Below are positions 7,361 through 15,366 of a stretch of DNA of 24,981 nt, piece by piece. The DNA lies in assembly GCA_030550175.1 (NCBI GenBank), contig JAUQPW010000089.1, positions 1 to 24,981 on the forward strand. Direction: 5' to 3'. How positions within the stretch are numbered: the stretch's first letter is position 1; the number at the start of each line of letters is the position of its first letter. Both the position numbers and the translations under genes were made by a program. The stretch is from a bacterium. Its GTDB lineage: Bacteria; Moduliflexota; Moduliflexia; Moduliflexales; JAUQPW01. A model generated the notes under the pieces. It was not told the origin of the DNA. It searched no databases and saw only the letters and a program-made list of their open reading frames with translations.

Positions 7361-7927
7361 ATGAATTACGAAGAAACTATTCAAAAACTCATATCCGGCG
7401 ACTTTGATGATGCAACCCCTGAGGAACGGGATAAGGTGATCGAGCAGATTATCCATGCTTCTGCTTTAGCTGCTTCTGTATTAGCCATGTCTCCGGTTCC
7501 TTTTATAGAAACACCCATTCAAGTGACCATGGTTCGAGCGATTGGAAAAGTATATGGGTATACATTGGATAAGAAAGTTATCTTTGAAATTCTCTCCTCC
7601 ATTGGAGGGAGTATCGTGCTGCGTCAGTTAGTCCGGTTTATACCCGGTATTGGGACCATCGCGAATCTTTCCAAAGTTTATGGAACGACCTGGGCCATGG
7701 GTATGGTGGCGGATTATTATTTCAGGCAAAATCGTGAGGTGGTAAAAGAAGAACTGATGCGCATGTTTAAGATGACCCAGAAGGAGAAAACCCTGGAAAA
7801 AGAAAAAGAACTTGAAAAAAACCGCATTCCAGAACGACTACAAACCCTCTGGGAGCTATTTCAGAAGAATCTCATTACCCCCGAAGAATATCGGAAGAAA
7901 AGGGAGGAAATCCTTTCTCAGCTATAG
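7361..7927 (+). CDS. Hypothetical protein, DUF697-like (YcjF-like) core with C-terminal SHOCT domain
   Basis: The core segment AMSPVPFIETPIQVTMVRAIGKVYGYTL...FIPGIGTIANLSKVYGTTWAMG resembles the DUF697 region of E. coli YcjF ([31 protein letters not shown]), recalled from memory. The C-terminus LWELFQKNLITPEEYRKKREEILSQL fits the SHOCT short C-terminal motif. An AGGAGG lies about 15 nt upstream of the ATG. Confidence 0.55.
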   Translation: MNYEETIQKLISGDFDDATPEERDKVIEQIIHASALAASVLAMSPVPFIETPIQVTMVRAIGKVYGYTLDKKVIFEILSSIGGSIVLRQLVRFIPGIGTIANLSKVYGTTWAMGMVADYYFRQNREVVKEELMRMFKMTQKEKTLEKEKELEKNRIPERLQTLWELFQKNLITPEEYRKKREEILSQL

Positions 7928-7940
7928 GGCCAAGGTACTT

Positions 7941-9512
7941 TTAATCTCCCAGGACGATCTGAACGGTGCTTTTCTTTCGTCGCAATAGAAAAAGGAAGGG
8001 AAAGGTAATTATGATCAGAATTGCAATGAGCAGAAAGGCGTCTCGAAAGGAGAGGAGTAAAGCCTGTCGGGTTACGGTATGATCTAAGAGGTTCAGAGCG
8101 ATCTTACCCGAGGATTCTGGATTAATGCCTTTGGCCAGAAGTCCCTGTTCCAGTATTTGCAATCGTTGGGTAGTTAAAGGATTTAGAGGGTGGAGGTGTT
8201 CACTGAGGATGGATCGGTGAAAAATTTCCCTTTGTTTGAGAAAGGTGACGAGAATTGCGATCCCGAAACTCCCGCCGGTCTGGCGCATGAAGGTGTAAAT
8301 GCCTGAGGCACTGGCCATGTCTTTCTTTTCCAGGGTACTGAGGGCTGCTATACTCAGGGGAACAAACATAAAGCCGACTCCAATTCCTCGTAGGATCTGA
8401 GGAACGATCAGATCAGAGGTACCAATTTCCAGGGTAAACCGGGACATTTTGTAGAGACCCAGGCTAAAGGTACCTATACCCATGGCAATGACATATTGCG
8501 GAGAAATTCTGGCCATCAGTTTACCCGAAATAAACATGGCAATAGCGGTAGAGATGGAGCTGAGGAGGATCGCCTTTCCGGTCTGCCAGGCCGTGTAATT
8601 TAACAGGGTTTGTAAAAAAACCGGAAGCAGAAAGGTAGGTCCCATGAGTCCGACTCCTAAAAAGGTAGCGATCACAGTTCCGACCCAAAGAGAACGGTTG
8701 GTCAAAACCTTCAAGTTGACCGCAGGATGATCAATTCGAAGTTCCCACCAGACAAAGCTGATTAAAGCCAGCCCGGCTAAGAGGCTAAGTGTTTTAATTC
8801 CATTGGATTCGAACCAGTCTTTCCGTTCCCCCAGTTCCAGGATCACCTGCATACATCCAACGCCTATAGCCAGTAAAATAATCCCCAGGTAGTCTACCTG
8901 GGGAGCCGGGTTTTTAGAGTGGGTAGAGTCTTGTAGAAAGAAATAGGCCAGCAGCAGGGCAAGGCCCCCGACGGGGATGTTGATATAAAAGATCCAGGGC
9001 CAATTATAGTTATCGGTAATCCAACCTCCTAAGGTTGGTCCCAACGTGGGACCGACCATGGTGCCTACTCCAAAAGCCGCCATAGCTCCCCCCTGTTCTT
9101 TAGGTGGAAAGGTTTCCATGAGAAGGGATTGGGAACTGGGAATAAGGGCCCCTCCTCCCATTCCTTGAATGATTCGGAAGAAAACGAGGGCTTCGACACT
9201 CCAGGCAATTCCACAAAAAAAAGAGGCAACGGTAAAGATTCCAATGGATAATGCTAAAAATCTTTTTCGTCCTAACCAGGCCGTAAACCACCCTGTTAAA
9301 GGAAGGACGATGACATTGGCAATAATGTAACCTGTAACCACCCAGTTGATTTCGTCCAGAGTCGCTCCCAGATTACCCATCATATGGGGTAATGCTACAT
9401 TTACGATGCTCACATCGATAGCTTGCAGGAGGGTTCCCAAAACGGCTATCAAGATGATAATCCATTTGTGCTGAGGTTTCACAGGAGATGAAAGGCAAAA
9501 ATCAAAAGGCAA
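7941..9512 (-). CDS. emrB: DHA2-family MFS multidrug efflux transporter (EmrB/QacA type, 14-TMS class)
   Basis: Motifs IDVSIVNVALPHMMGNLGA, GRKRFLALSIGIFTVASFFCG and IIQGMGGGALIPSSQSLL are present with many TM helices, and the gene sits immediately downstream of an HlyD/EmrA gene. The ORF-track start at 9512 is TTG; an in-frame GTG at 9480-9482 is an alternative start. Neither has an SD. Confidence 0.85.
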   Translation of the reverse strand: MPFDFCLSSPVKPQHKWIIILIAVLGTLLQAIDVSIVNVALPHMMGNLGATLDEINWVVTGYIIANVIVLPLTGWFTAWLGRKRFLALSIGIFTVASFFCGIAWSVEALVFFRIIQGMGGGALIPSSQSLLMETFPPKEQGGAMAAFGVGTMVGPTLGPTLGGWITDNYNWPWIFYINIPVGGLALLLAYFFLQDSTHSKNPAPQVDYLGIILLAIGVGCMQVILELGERKDWFESNGIKTLSLLAGLALISFVWWELRIDHPAVNLKVLTNRSLWVGTVIATFLGVGLMGPTFLLPVFLQTLLNYTAWQTGKAILLSSISTAIAMFISGKLMARISPQYVIAMGIGTFSLGLYKMSRFTLEIGTSDLIVPQILRGIGVGFMFVPLSIAALSTLEKKDMASASGIYTFMRQTGGSFGIAILVTFLKQREIFHRSILSEHLHPLNPLTTQRLQILEQGLLAKGINPESSGKIALNLLDHTVTRQALLLSFRDAFLLIAILIIITFPFLFLLRRKKSTVQIVLGD

Positions 9513-9561
9513 AAGGCGAAAGGGCAGATGAAAGCTTTCTTTTACCTTTCGCCTTTTGCCT
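9507..9561. repeat. Perfect 17-bp-stem hairpin (arms 9507-9523 and 9545-9561, 21-nt loop) built from tandem CAAAAGG units, lying exactly at the emrA stop / emrB start junction
   Basis: Upstream tandem copies aaaggcaaaaatcaaaaggcaaaaggcgaaagg are followed by the inverted copy cctttcgccttttgcc. The left arm contains the emrB TTG at 9510-9512, and the right arm ends 2 nt before the emrA stop codon at 9564-9566. Confidence 0.7.
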
Positions 9562-9563
9562 GT

Positions 9564-10892
9564 TTACTTTGCACGGGCACCGCTGATATCGATGGTTACA
9601 AATACAGACATCCCGGGTCGGATGGGATATTCGGGATCTCCCTCGATGGTGATTCGCACGGGGACCCGTTGAACAACCTTAGTAAAGTTACCGGTGGCAT
9701 TATCGGGAGGTAGAAGGGAAAATTTCGCACCGGTTGCAGGGCTGATACTTTCTACTTTTCCTTTAAATACCTTTCCGGGATAGGTATCCACCGTAAATTC
9801 CACCGGCTGACCAACACGGACATACTCCAGTTGGGTTTCCTTCAAATTTGCAACAATCCAGACCTCATCGGGAATCAGGGCCATTATAGGCTGACCTACA
9901 TTGACCCTTTCTCCGACTTCCACCGATCTCTTCCCGATAATCCCATCTACCGGGGCTCTAATTTCCGTGTAGGAGAATCTGAGCAGAGCTGCAGCCAGAT
10001 TCGCTTCGGCCTGGGCCAACTCGGCTTCCAAAGATTTGACTTCCTGACCTTTCATTTCCGTCTCGGTATGACCCGTTTGGGCCAGAACTATCTGGGCTTC
10101 GGTCTGTTTAATCTGGTTTTTAAGAGACTCAATCTTTGCTGCAGCGACCCGTTGAGAAGCCAGGGAGGCTTCATAATTAGACCGGGCTACATTATAGTCT
10201 GAGATCGCTGCATCGAGTTGTTGCTGAGGAATGACGCCTTTAGCCTGGAGTTGCTCTAACCGCTTTCGATCCAGTTCCGCTTTTTCCATTTGAGCTTTAT
10301 ACCCTAGGGTTTCTTTCTCTATACGAGCTAACTCCGCTTGAGCCGTTGCAAGACTTTTTCTCATGGCTTCTGCTTGTGCCCTGGCCTCTGTGATTTTTGC
10401 ATCTGTACGATTTTGCTCAAGGGGTACTGACAGACGCGCAGATGCTAATTTGGCTTTGATAACCTCAACGGCTGCCTTCGCTTGATCTACTTCAATAGCT
10501 AAAGGTTTGGTGTTCAATTGTACAAGCAATTGATCCGCTTTGACACGCTGGTTTACATCCACCAAAACCCGCTCTACAACCCCGGCAGTCCTGGGACTGA
10601 TGGTGATTATTCGACCCTCTACCTGGGCGTTATCAGTAGTTTCATGATTTAAGTAAAAGTAGTAAAGCTTAACCCCATAAGCTACCCCGATAATAAGCAA
10701 AATAAGTACAAGTCCGTAAAGGACCATACGTTTAACGTTTTTTGTAAAAGAAATCTTCCGTTTGATAAGGGGTTGCGAAATCGGATAGTTTAAATTTCCA
10801 TTAGGCCCAGGTAAGGTACGGGGGGGTTCTTTTTCTTCGATTTTATAACTCTTTTCGGGATCGTTAGCGGATATTGTGTCGTCGTCATTCAT
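9564..10892 (-). CDS. emrA: HlyD-family membrane fusion protein (EmrA-like periplasmic adaptor) with N-terminal TM anchor
   Basis: The ATG at 10890-10892 was verified. The TM anchor is MVLYGLVLILLIIGVAYGV, the lipoyl/biotinyl-like region is AQVEGRIITISPRTAGVVERVLVDVNQRVKADQLLVQLN, a long coiled coil follows, and the C-terminal beta domain is VPVRITIE. Confidence 0.85.
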   Translation of the reverse strand: MNDDDTISANDPEKSYKIEEKEPPRTLPGPNGNLNYPISQPLIKRKISFTKNVKRMVLYGLVLILLIIGVAYGVKLYYFYLNHETTDNAQVEGRIITISPRTAGVVERVLVDVNQRVKADQLLVQLNTKPLAIEVDQAKAAVEVIKAKLASARLSVPLEQNRTDAKITEARAQAEAMRKSLATAQAELARIEKETLGYKAQMEKAELDRKRLEQLQAKGVIPQQQLDAAISDYNVARSNYEASLASQRVAAAKIESLKNQIKQTEAQIVLAQTGHTETEMKGQEVKSLEAELAQAEANLAAALLRFSYTEIRAPVDGIIGKRSVEVGERVNVGQPIMALIPDEVWIVANLKETQLEYVRVGQPVEFTVDTYPGKVFKGKVESISPATGAKFSLLPPDNATGNFTKVVQRVPVRITIEGDPEYPIRPGMSVFVTIDISGARAK

Positions 10893-10903
10893 ATCCTAAA
10901 ACA

Positions 10904-10979
10904 TAAAACCTAAAACCTAAAACGTAAAGAGTTAAACCTTACCTCCATTTAATTTTTACATTTTAGGTTTTAGGTTTTA
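10904..10979. repeat. 25-bp inverted repeat with 1 mismatch (arms 10904-10928 and 10955-10979, 26-nt loop) made of tandem CTAAAAC heptamers. It lies between the L,D-transpeptidase stop and the emrA start.
   Basis: taaaacctaaaacctaaaacgtaaa ... tttacattttaggttttaggtttta. The right arm overlaps the transpeptidase stop codon at 10977-10979. The left arm begins 11 nt from the emrA ATG. Confidence 0.75.
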
Positions 10980-11909
10980 TCTCAAGATTTCTTCCAGGAA
11001 AATAGAATAATGAAGCTGCTCCTTCTCTTTATCTAAGAGGAGCCGTTTAGCAGGAGGTCGACTGAGTTTTTTTCGAATGTATTGCTCGATCGACTGGAAC
11101 TGAGCTTCTGCAGTATCAATATACCATTTCAGCCGAGAGAAGTCTATCCTCCTTAAATCAATACGCTGCTGTTGCAAGATTTTTAAAACCTCATCAAAAT
11201 AATCCAATGGTTTATGGTAAATGTTTGCATGGAGGACCAACTCTTCCCGCGGTTCGTTATACTCAACGATTTCATAGCGGATTGAAATGGGCACAGCACG
11301 AGGGAATCTACCGGATCTGATCTCAGGTGCCAGGTAATCATATAAAATCTGCATATCTTCCCTATCGATTCGAATACAACCATTAGAACTGGGAGCCCCG
11401 ACGGTATACCAGTCGGTCGTCTGATGAAGTACAAACTGCTCATAGACTTCCTGGGTCTCGTCACTGAGAATAGACATGAATATCGACTTCATATCCTTCG
11501 GCATGGGAATCTTGATGGGTTTAAGGGTTTTTTTATCAAAGGTGTAAGAGTACTCAATTACCTTTCCAACCAGGTCTTCCGGATTTTGATCCCCATACCG
11601 AAAAACAACTCCGGTTGCCTTGGCATAAAGATATCCTTCCCCGGTTGGAGTCTGGTTAGAAAATTCCGTTCCCCTTCCAACCCCAATAGGAATAGTTAAG
11701 GTTCGCCAGGAATCGCCTCCATCCGGTATATAAAGAACCAGCCGATAAGCCGGAATGTTAATAACCACCTGCTGATTGAAGTTTTTTCCGGAGTTTTCAT
11801 ACGGAAAATCTTCAAGTTTACTGTAAACTACATTGGGAGAAAAAAGATAAATTAAAAAACTTAAGATTAAAAATTGCTTGAACCTCTTCTTTATTTTGCC
11901 TGTTTCCAT
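10977..11909 (-). CDS. Secreted L,D-transpeptidase (YkuD/ErfK domain) family protein
   Basis: The signal peptide is METGKIKKRFKQFLILSFLIYLFSPNVVYS. The catalytic motif HQTTDWYTVGAPSSNGCIRIDREDM matches the H...S-x-G-C-I-R signature of L,D-transpeptidases. The ATG start was verified. Confidence 0.7.
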   Translation of the reverse strand: METGKIKKRFKQFLILSFLIYLFSPNVVYSKLEDFPYENSGKNFNQQVVINIPAYRLVLYIPDGGDSWRTLTIPIGVGRGTEFSNQTPTGEGYLYAKATGVVFRYGDQNPEDLVGKVIEYSYTFDKKTLKPIKIPMPKDMKSIFMSILSDETQEVYEQFVLHQTTDWYTVGAPSSNGCIRIDREDMQILYDYLAPEIRSGRFPRAVPISIRYEIVEYNEPREELVLHANIYHKPLDYFDEVLKILQQQRIDLRRIDFSRLKWYIDTAEAQFQSIEQYIRKKLSRPPAKRLLLDKEKEQLHYSIFLEEILR

Positions 11910-12586
11910 AGGCTACAAAAAATATCAACACAATAGGCCACACTCTACAGCTACACAGCCTATCCTAAACCCGGAGATTCCATAGGGAGGAACTTCTCTT
12001 TTAATCCCAGGGTCTTCTACAGGCTCTGTAGCTAAATCAAACCCATTTTTACAAAAACGTATCTATATCCATTTAGTAGGTGGAAGAAGAGACATCCCGC
12101 CGGTCCTCATACGCGCCAGAATAAGGATGTTAGCCCCAGCGGGGCGACCTGTTTAACTGTTCACCCCTGAGGAGCTTTTCAGCTTAACCCGGTGCGTATC
12201 TCCTGGCCCCTTTGAGGGGGATGGGAGTGTTCAGACAAAAAAGTAACACCTACTAACTTGTTACAGTTACTACAAAAATAAAACACCTTGACTTCTCAAT
12301 AAGATGCTGCTAGCCTGATTGGCTAGGGTAAAAAACTACATTAATAAATTAATTCTTTTTTCTAAAAACGTTCAATCTATCCTTATGAAAATTCTTGTCG
12401 TCTGTGGGAGTGTAGATAAAGCCCTTTACCCCAGATCATCAAAGAAAAGTACGGAATCACGTGTAGGAAGGGAAACTTTACCAAAAATTATGGGATCCAA
12501 TCCGCTTTTCCTTGACAAGAAGAGAGATTGTTAAATTTTATAGCTGAGGGGGTTAAAGTGGAATATTTTTTAACAAATCGGGAAAG

Positions 12587-13789
12587 ATGAGCGAAATTAT
12601 GACGACGAGTCAAACTTACATGATTTATATACCCGGCCAGAATCGCCTAGAGGAAGGAAATAAGCTGCTTTCTTTTGTAAAGGAACTCAAGAAGATTCAA
12701 ACGGAAAAAAACATTTCTATTCTTATCGAAATGACCCTTCGGCAGGAAGGAGAGGTAAACCGATATCAGATTCGGCAGGGGCAAATCCATCCTATTTCAA
12801 CCCTTCAAGAAAGTTCTTCAGGAGATGGAGAAGGTCTGGGTAATTTTTTAAAATGGAGTCAGGAGCACTATCCTGCAAATCATTATATTCTGGTCATCTG
12901 GAATCACGGAAATCCCTGGAATATCCAGGAGTTCAAATCTGAACCTTTGTATCGAATTCCCTTTCCTTATGAGGTGGTCGCTCGGGCTATCTTTTTAAGT
13001 ACGGCGAAAACCATCCTGACCCAACAGGAACTCAGGGAAACCGTTTATGCGGATCGACAGGCGAGCCTTCGGGATTTCTTAGATATCCTTGAACTCAAAA
13101 AGGCCCTGCAGGGATCGGGGATCCAATTGGGGATCTTGGGACTGGATGGCTGTCTGCCAAACCTGTTGGAAGGGATTAATGAGGTCAAAGGAGCGGTACA
13201 TTTTGTGATTGGTTCAGAGGATGGGGCATGGAAAAAACCCTGGGTACAGGGAGAAATATTCGAAATACCGGCGAAGCAGCCAGATCTCTCCCTTGAAGAT
13301 TTGGCGAGAACCTGGATAAAGCAGCAGAGAGGACCCCAGGGAAAAAAGCCATCTTTATTAAACCTGAGTCATCTTGATCCGGTGGTCCGATCGTTAGATC
13401 GTTTAGCCCGGATCCTTAAAACCCATCTGTTTCAAATGTATGGATTCTTTTCCCAGGTTCGGAGAGAAGTTCGAGTATTTTCCAATCCCAACTACGCCGA
13501 TCTATATGATCTGGCAACTCTTTTAAAAAAGGTAGAAAATCGGGATGACCTTAAAGAAGAGACGGAAAAACTTCTAATTGGAATAAACGCTCTGGTCTTT
13601 GAAGACTCTAAAACAGAGGACACCTTCGATACCCGAAGGGTAGGGATCTTTTTCCCAGAAAATAAGAGAATCTTAACTCCTTATTACCAAAAGCTAGATT
13701 TTGCCGAAACCTGCCCAAATTGGATAGAATTTCTAAAGGCTTACCTGGAGTTTGTACCGACTCAACATGTCCAGCGAGCTCGAATTTAA
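12587..13789 (+). CDS. Clostripain-like (peptidase family C11) cysteine peptidase homologue, cytoplasmic (no signal peptide)
   Basis: The N-terminal architecture (YMIYIPGQNRLEE ... ISILIEMTL ... NRYQI ... SGDGEGLGNFLKWSQEHYPANHYILVIWNHGNPW) follows the C11 pattern YMxxDNNL...V.V.D...TRRY...GDP.TL..FI.W....A.RY.LI.W.HG.GW, which places the catalytic His in WNHG. The hydrophobic strand plus Cys GIQLGILGLDGCLPNLLEG corresponds to the DAC(L/M) catalytic Cys block. Confidence 0.6.
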   Translation: MSEIMTTSQTYMIYIPGQNRLEEGNKLLSFVKELKKIQTEKNISILIEMTLRQEGEVNRYQIRQGQIHPISTLQESSSGDGEGLGNFLKWSQEHYPANHYILVIWNHGNPWNIQEFKSEPLYRIPFPYEVVARAIFLSTAKTILTQQELRETVYADRQASLRDFLDILELKKALQGSGIQLGILGLDGCLPNLLEGINEVKGAVHFVIGSEDGAWKKPWVQGEIFEIPAKQPDLSLEDLARTWIKQQRGPQGKKPSLLNLSHLDPVVRSLDRLARILKTHLFQMYGFFSQVRREVRVFSNPNYADLYDLATLLKKVENRDDLKEETEKLLIGINALVFEDSKTEDTFDTRRVGIFFPENKRILTPYYQKLDFAETCPNWIEFLKAYLEFVPTQHVQRARI

Positions 13790-13837
13790 GAGTAAAAAAA
13801 GAGAATAGAAGTGTGGAAAAGTAGGCGAACTAAGGGG

Positions 13838-13896
13838 TCCTCCTCTTCTTCCCCATACTCCCACACTCCCACACTTCCCCACTCCCATCTTTCCTT
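13838..13896. repeat. Third copy of the ACTCCCA-octamer pyrimidine-strand repeat, between the convergent C11-peptidase and encapsulin genes
   Basis: tcctcctcttcttccccatactcccacactcccacacttccccactcccatctttcc contains the same ATACTCCCACACTCCC units as 1-70 and 7081-7121. Confidence 0.7.
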
Positions 13897-13899
13897 ACT

Positions 13900-14709
13900 T
13901 CAGGCAGAAATAATACAAATAGCCTCTGGAGTTCTGATATCCGGGACCAGACTTTCAGAGATAGTAAATTCATAAAAAACCTCTCCAAATCCGGAGAATG
14001 AGGTCATCAGATCCTGACCCAGAATAATCTGGTTACCGTTAACTGTATCTAAAAGTACTCCTTTGTTTTGAAGCACAGGAGTTTTAAAAATCCCTTCTGT
14101 AACCAGAGAACGTAGGTTTTCGATTTGGAGAACATCGCTGTCTTTATACAATCGAAACAGGCTGTTATAAAGAGGTGAAGCCAGAACCAGGGCATAGGGT
14201 CCCGGATATCCTGCTTTATCCAGTTGATTGGCAGCTTGAATCACATCTTCAATGGCTTGACCTACCTGACTCCAATCCCCTAACGGGATCTTATGGACAC
14301 CGGGTGTGTTAAGAATACCCGTAATAGAGAGGCTTTCGTAACCGAAAAATACCAGCTCATCCTCTTTAAGGATACAGTTTTTAGCGGCCTGAAATGCTGC
14401 ATCCAGGTCTAGAGGTTGGTGATAAGTTTCGTAAGCCTCAATCATGCTGATACTTAAAGAAAAGGAACTATAGATCTGGGGTATAGGAAGGGTAGGACTA
14501 CAGAGAATTTTAGCTGCTAGGGGGAGCCCTGCTTCTGCTATCCGCTCTGTTTTCGAAACGAGGGCCTTAAAACCAAGCCCGAGGGGGCCCTCTACATCCA
14601 GTAATTTTCTCCCCACCAATAAACTTTTCGCCGTGGAAACAACCAGTTCATCAATTTTCTCCCAAACCTTTGAGCTAATTGGGGCAGCTTCTCGATTGAG
14701 ATATTTCAT
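13900..14709 (-). CDS. Family-1 encapsulin nanocompartment shell protein (HK97 fold; linocin M18/CFP29-like)
   Basis: The length, the N-terminus MKYLNREAAPISSKVWEKIDE...GRKLLDVEGP and the internal ILGQDLMTSF parallel Thermotoga maritima encapsulin ([21 protein letters not shown]...GRKFVDVEGP...ILGQDLSIGY). An AAGGAG SD lies 11 nt upstream and overlaps the stop of the preceding ferritin-like gene. Confidence 0.85.
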   Translation of the reverse strand: MKYLNREAAPISSKVWEKIDELVVSTAKSLLVGRKLLDVEGPLGLGFKALVSKTERIAEAGLPLAAKILCSPTLPIPQIYSSFSLSISMIEAYETYHQPLDLDAAFQAAKNCILKEDELVFFGYESLSITGILNTPGVHKIPLGDWSQVGQAIEDVIQAANQLDKAGYPGPYALVLASPLYNSLFRLYKDSDVLQIENLRSLVTEGIFKTPVLQNKGVLLDTVNGNQIILGQDLMTSFSGFGEVFYEFTISESLVPDIRTPEAICIISA

Positions 14710-14714
14710 AACAA

Positions 14715-15104
14715 TTAACTCTCCTTTCTCTGCTTTAAGCTTCCGACGGTTTTAAGAATAGAAGTTCGAACGTTCTCTGAGGATGGTCCGGGTTTACTGT
14801 TCTTCATTTCTAGGGTCTCTATTTGTGTAATTTCTCTTTCACTAAAGAGATAGGTCCGCAAATGTCCTTCAAAAGTCGGATTATTTCGTCGAATCCACTC
14901 CAGGACCATGGCAGCGTGTTCCATTTCTTCATCTCGATTATGAGCCAGAATTCTTCTCAGTTCTTCATCTGTACATACATCTACCCGCTGTTGGTACCAA
15001 TCAATAGCTTCTAACTCCTCTATAAGAGACTTAATCGCTCTGGACATATTCAGAGTTTTCTCACTGATTTTTTCATAAGGTTCATGCCAACTTTCCGATC
15101 CCAT
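14715..15104 (-). CDS. Encapsulated ferritin-like protein (EncFtn/Flp cargo) with C-terminal cargo-loading peptide
   Basis: The ferritin-like di-iron motifs are EELEAIDWYQQRVDVCTDEELRRILAHNRDEEMEHAAMVLEWIRR (E...E..H pattern). The C-terminal tail ...SILKTVGSLKQRKES contains the TVGSLK-type encapsulin targeting consensus. The gene is immediately upstream of, and translationally coupled to, the shell gene. The ATG and an AGGAGA SD were verified. Confidence 0.85.
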   Translation of the reverse strand: MGSESWHEPYEKISEKTLNMSRAIKSLIEELEAIDWYQQRVDVCTDEELRRILAHNRDEEMEHAAMVLEWIRRNNPTFEGHLRTYLFSEREITQIETLEMKNSKPGPSSENVRTSILKTVGSLKQRKES

Positions 15105-15221
15105 AGTTTGCTCTCCTTTTCGTTCAAACTTTTTAGTTTATGGTGTGGTATAACCTCTCGTCATCCAGGTAAACCATAAATTATTTTATTTATATAAATC
15201 AGGCAAGAGTAAATCTCAAGG

Positions 15222-15251
15222 TTGACAATTTTATGCAAGTTGACGTATGGT
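15222..15251 (+). promoter_or_regulatory. Candidate sigma70-type promoter (TTGACA, 18-nt spacer, TATGGT) for the DUF3105-like gene, within the divergent control region shared with the encapsulin operon
   Basis: TTGACA is at 15222-15227 and TATGGT at 15246-15251. A second TTGACA at 15332 and a strong AAGGAG RBS at 15350-15355 precede the ATG at 15367. Confidence 0.35.
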
Positions 15252-15366
15252 ATCTTCAGGAGATTTAGTAGCCTCAAAGGAACCCTCCGGGGTCTATGGG
15301 ATCATGAACCAGGAGATTTAAGTTCCTGCTTGACAAAAGTTTATTTAAAGAAGGAGTTCTCGGGTT

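Noticed and set aside
8806-8822. tRNA T-arm-like GGATTCGAACC motif
   Set aside because: It lies inside the emrB coding sequence, with no acceptor-stem or anticodon-arm context around it. It is a coincidental match.
9512-9512. Taking the ORF-track Met at 9512 (emrB), 493 (cheY) and 24964 (macro) as ATG starts
   Set aside because: Direct reading shows these are TTG, GTG and GTG respectively. An in-frame ATG exists for cheY at 473-475, and a GTG alternative exists for emrB at 9480-9482. Those starts are reported as uncertain.
12319-12534. 71-aa ORF in the long intergenic region
   Set aside because: It has no RBS, its composition is Lys/Ser-rich low complexity typical of AT-rich non-coding sequence, and it shows no recognisable domain. 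It is most likely spurious.
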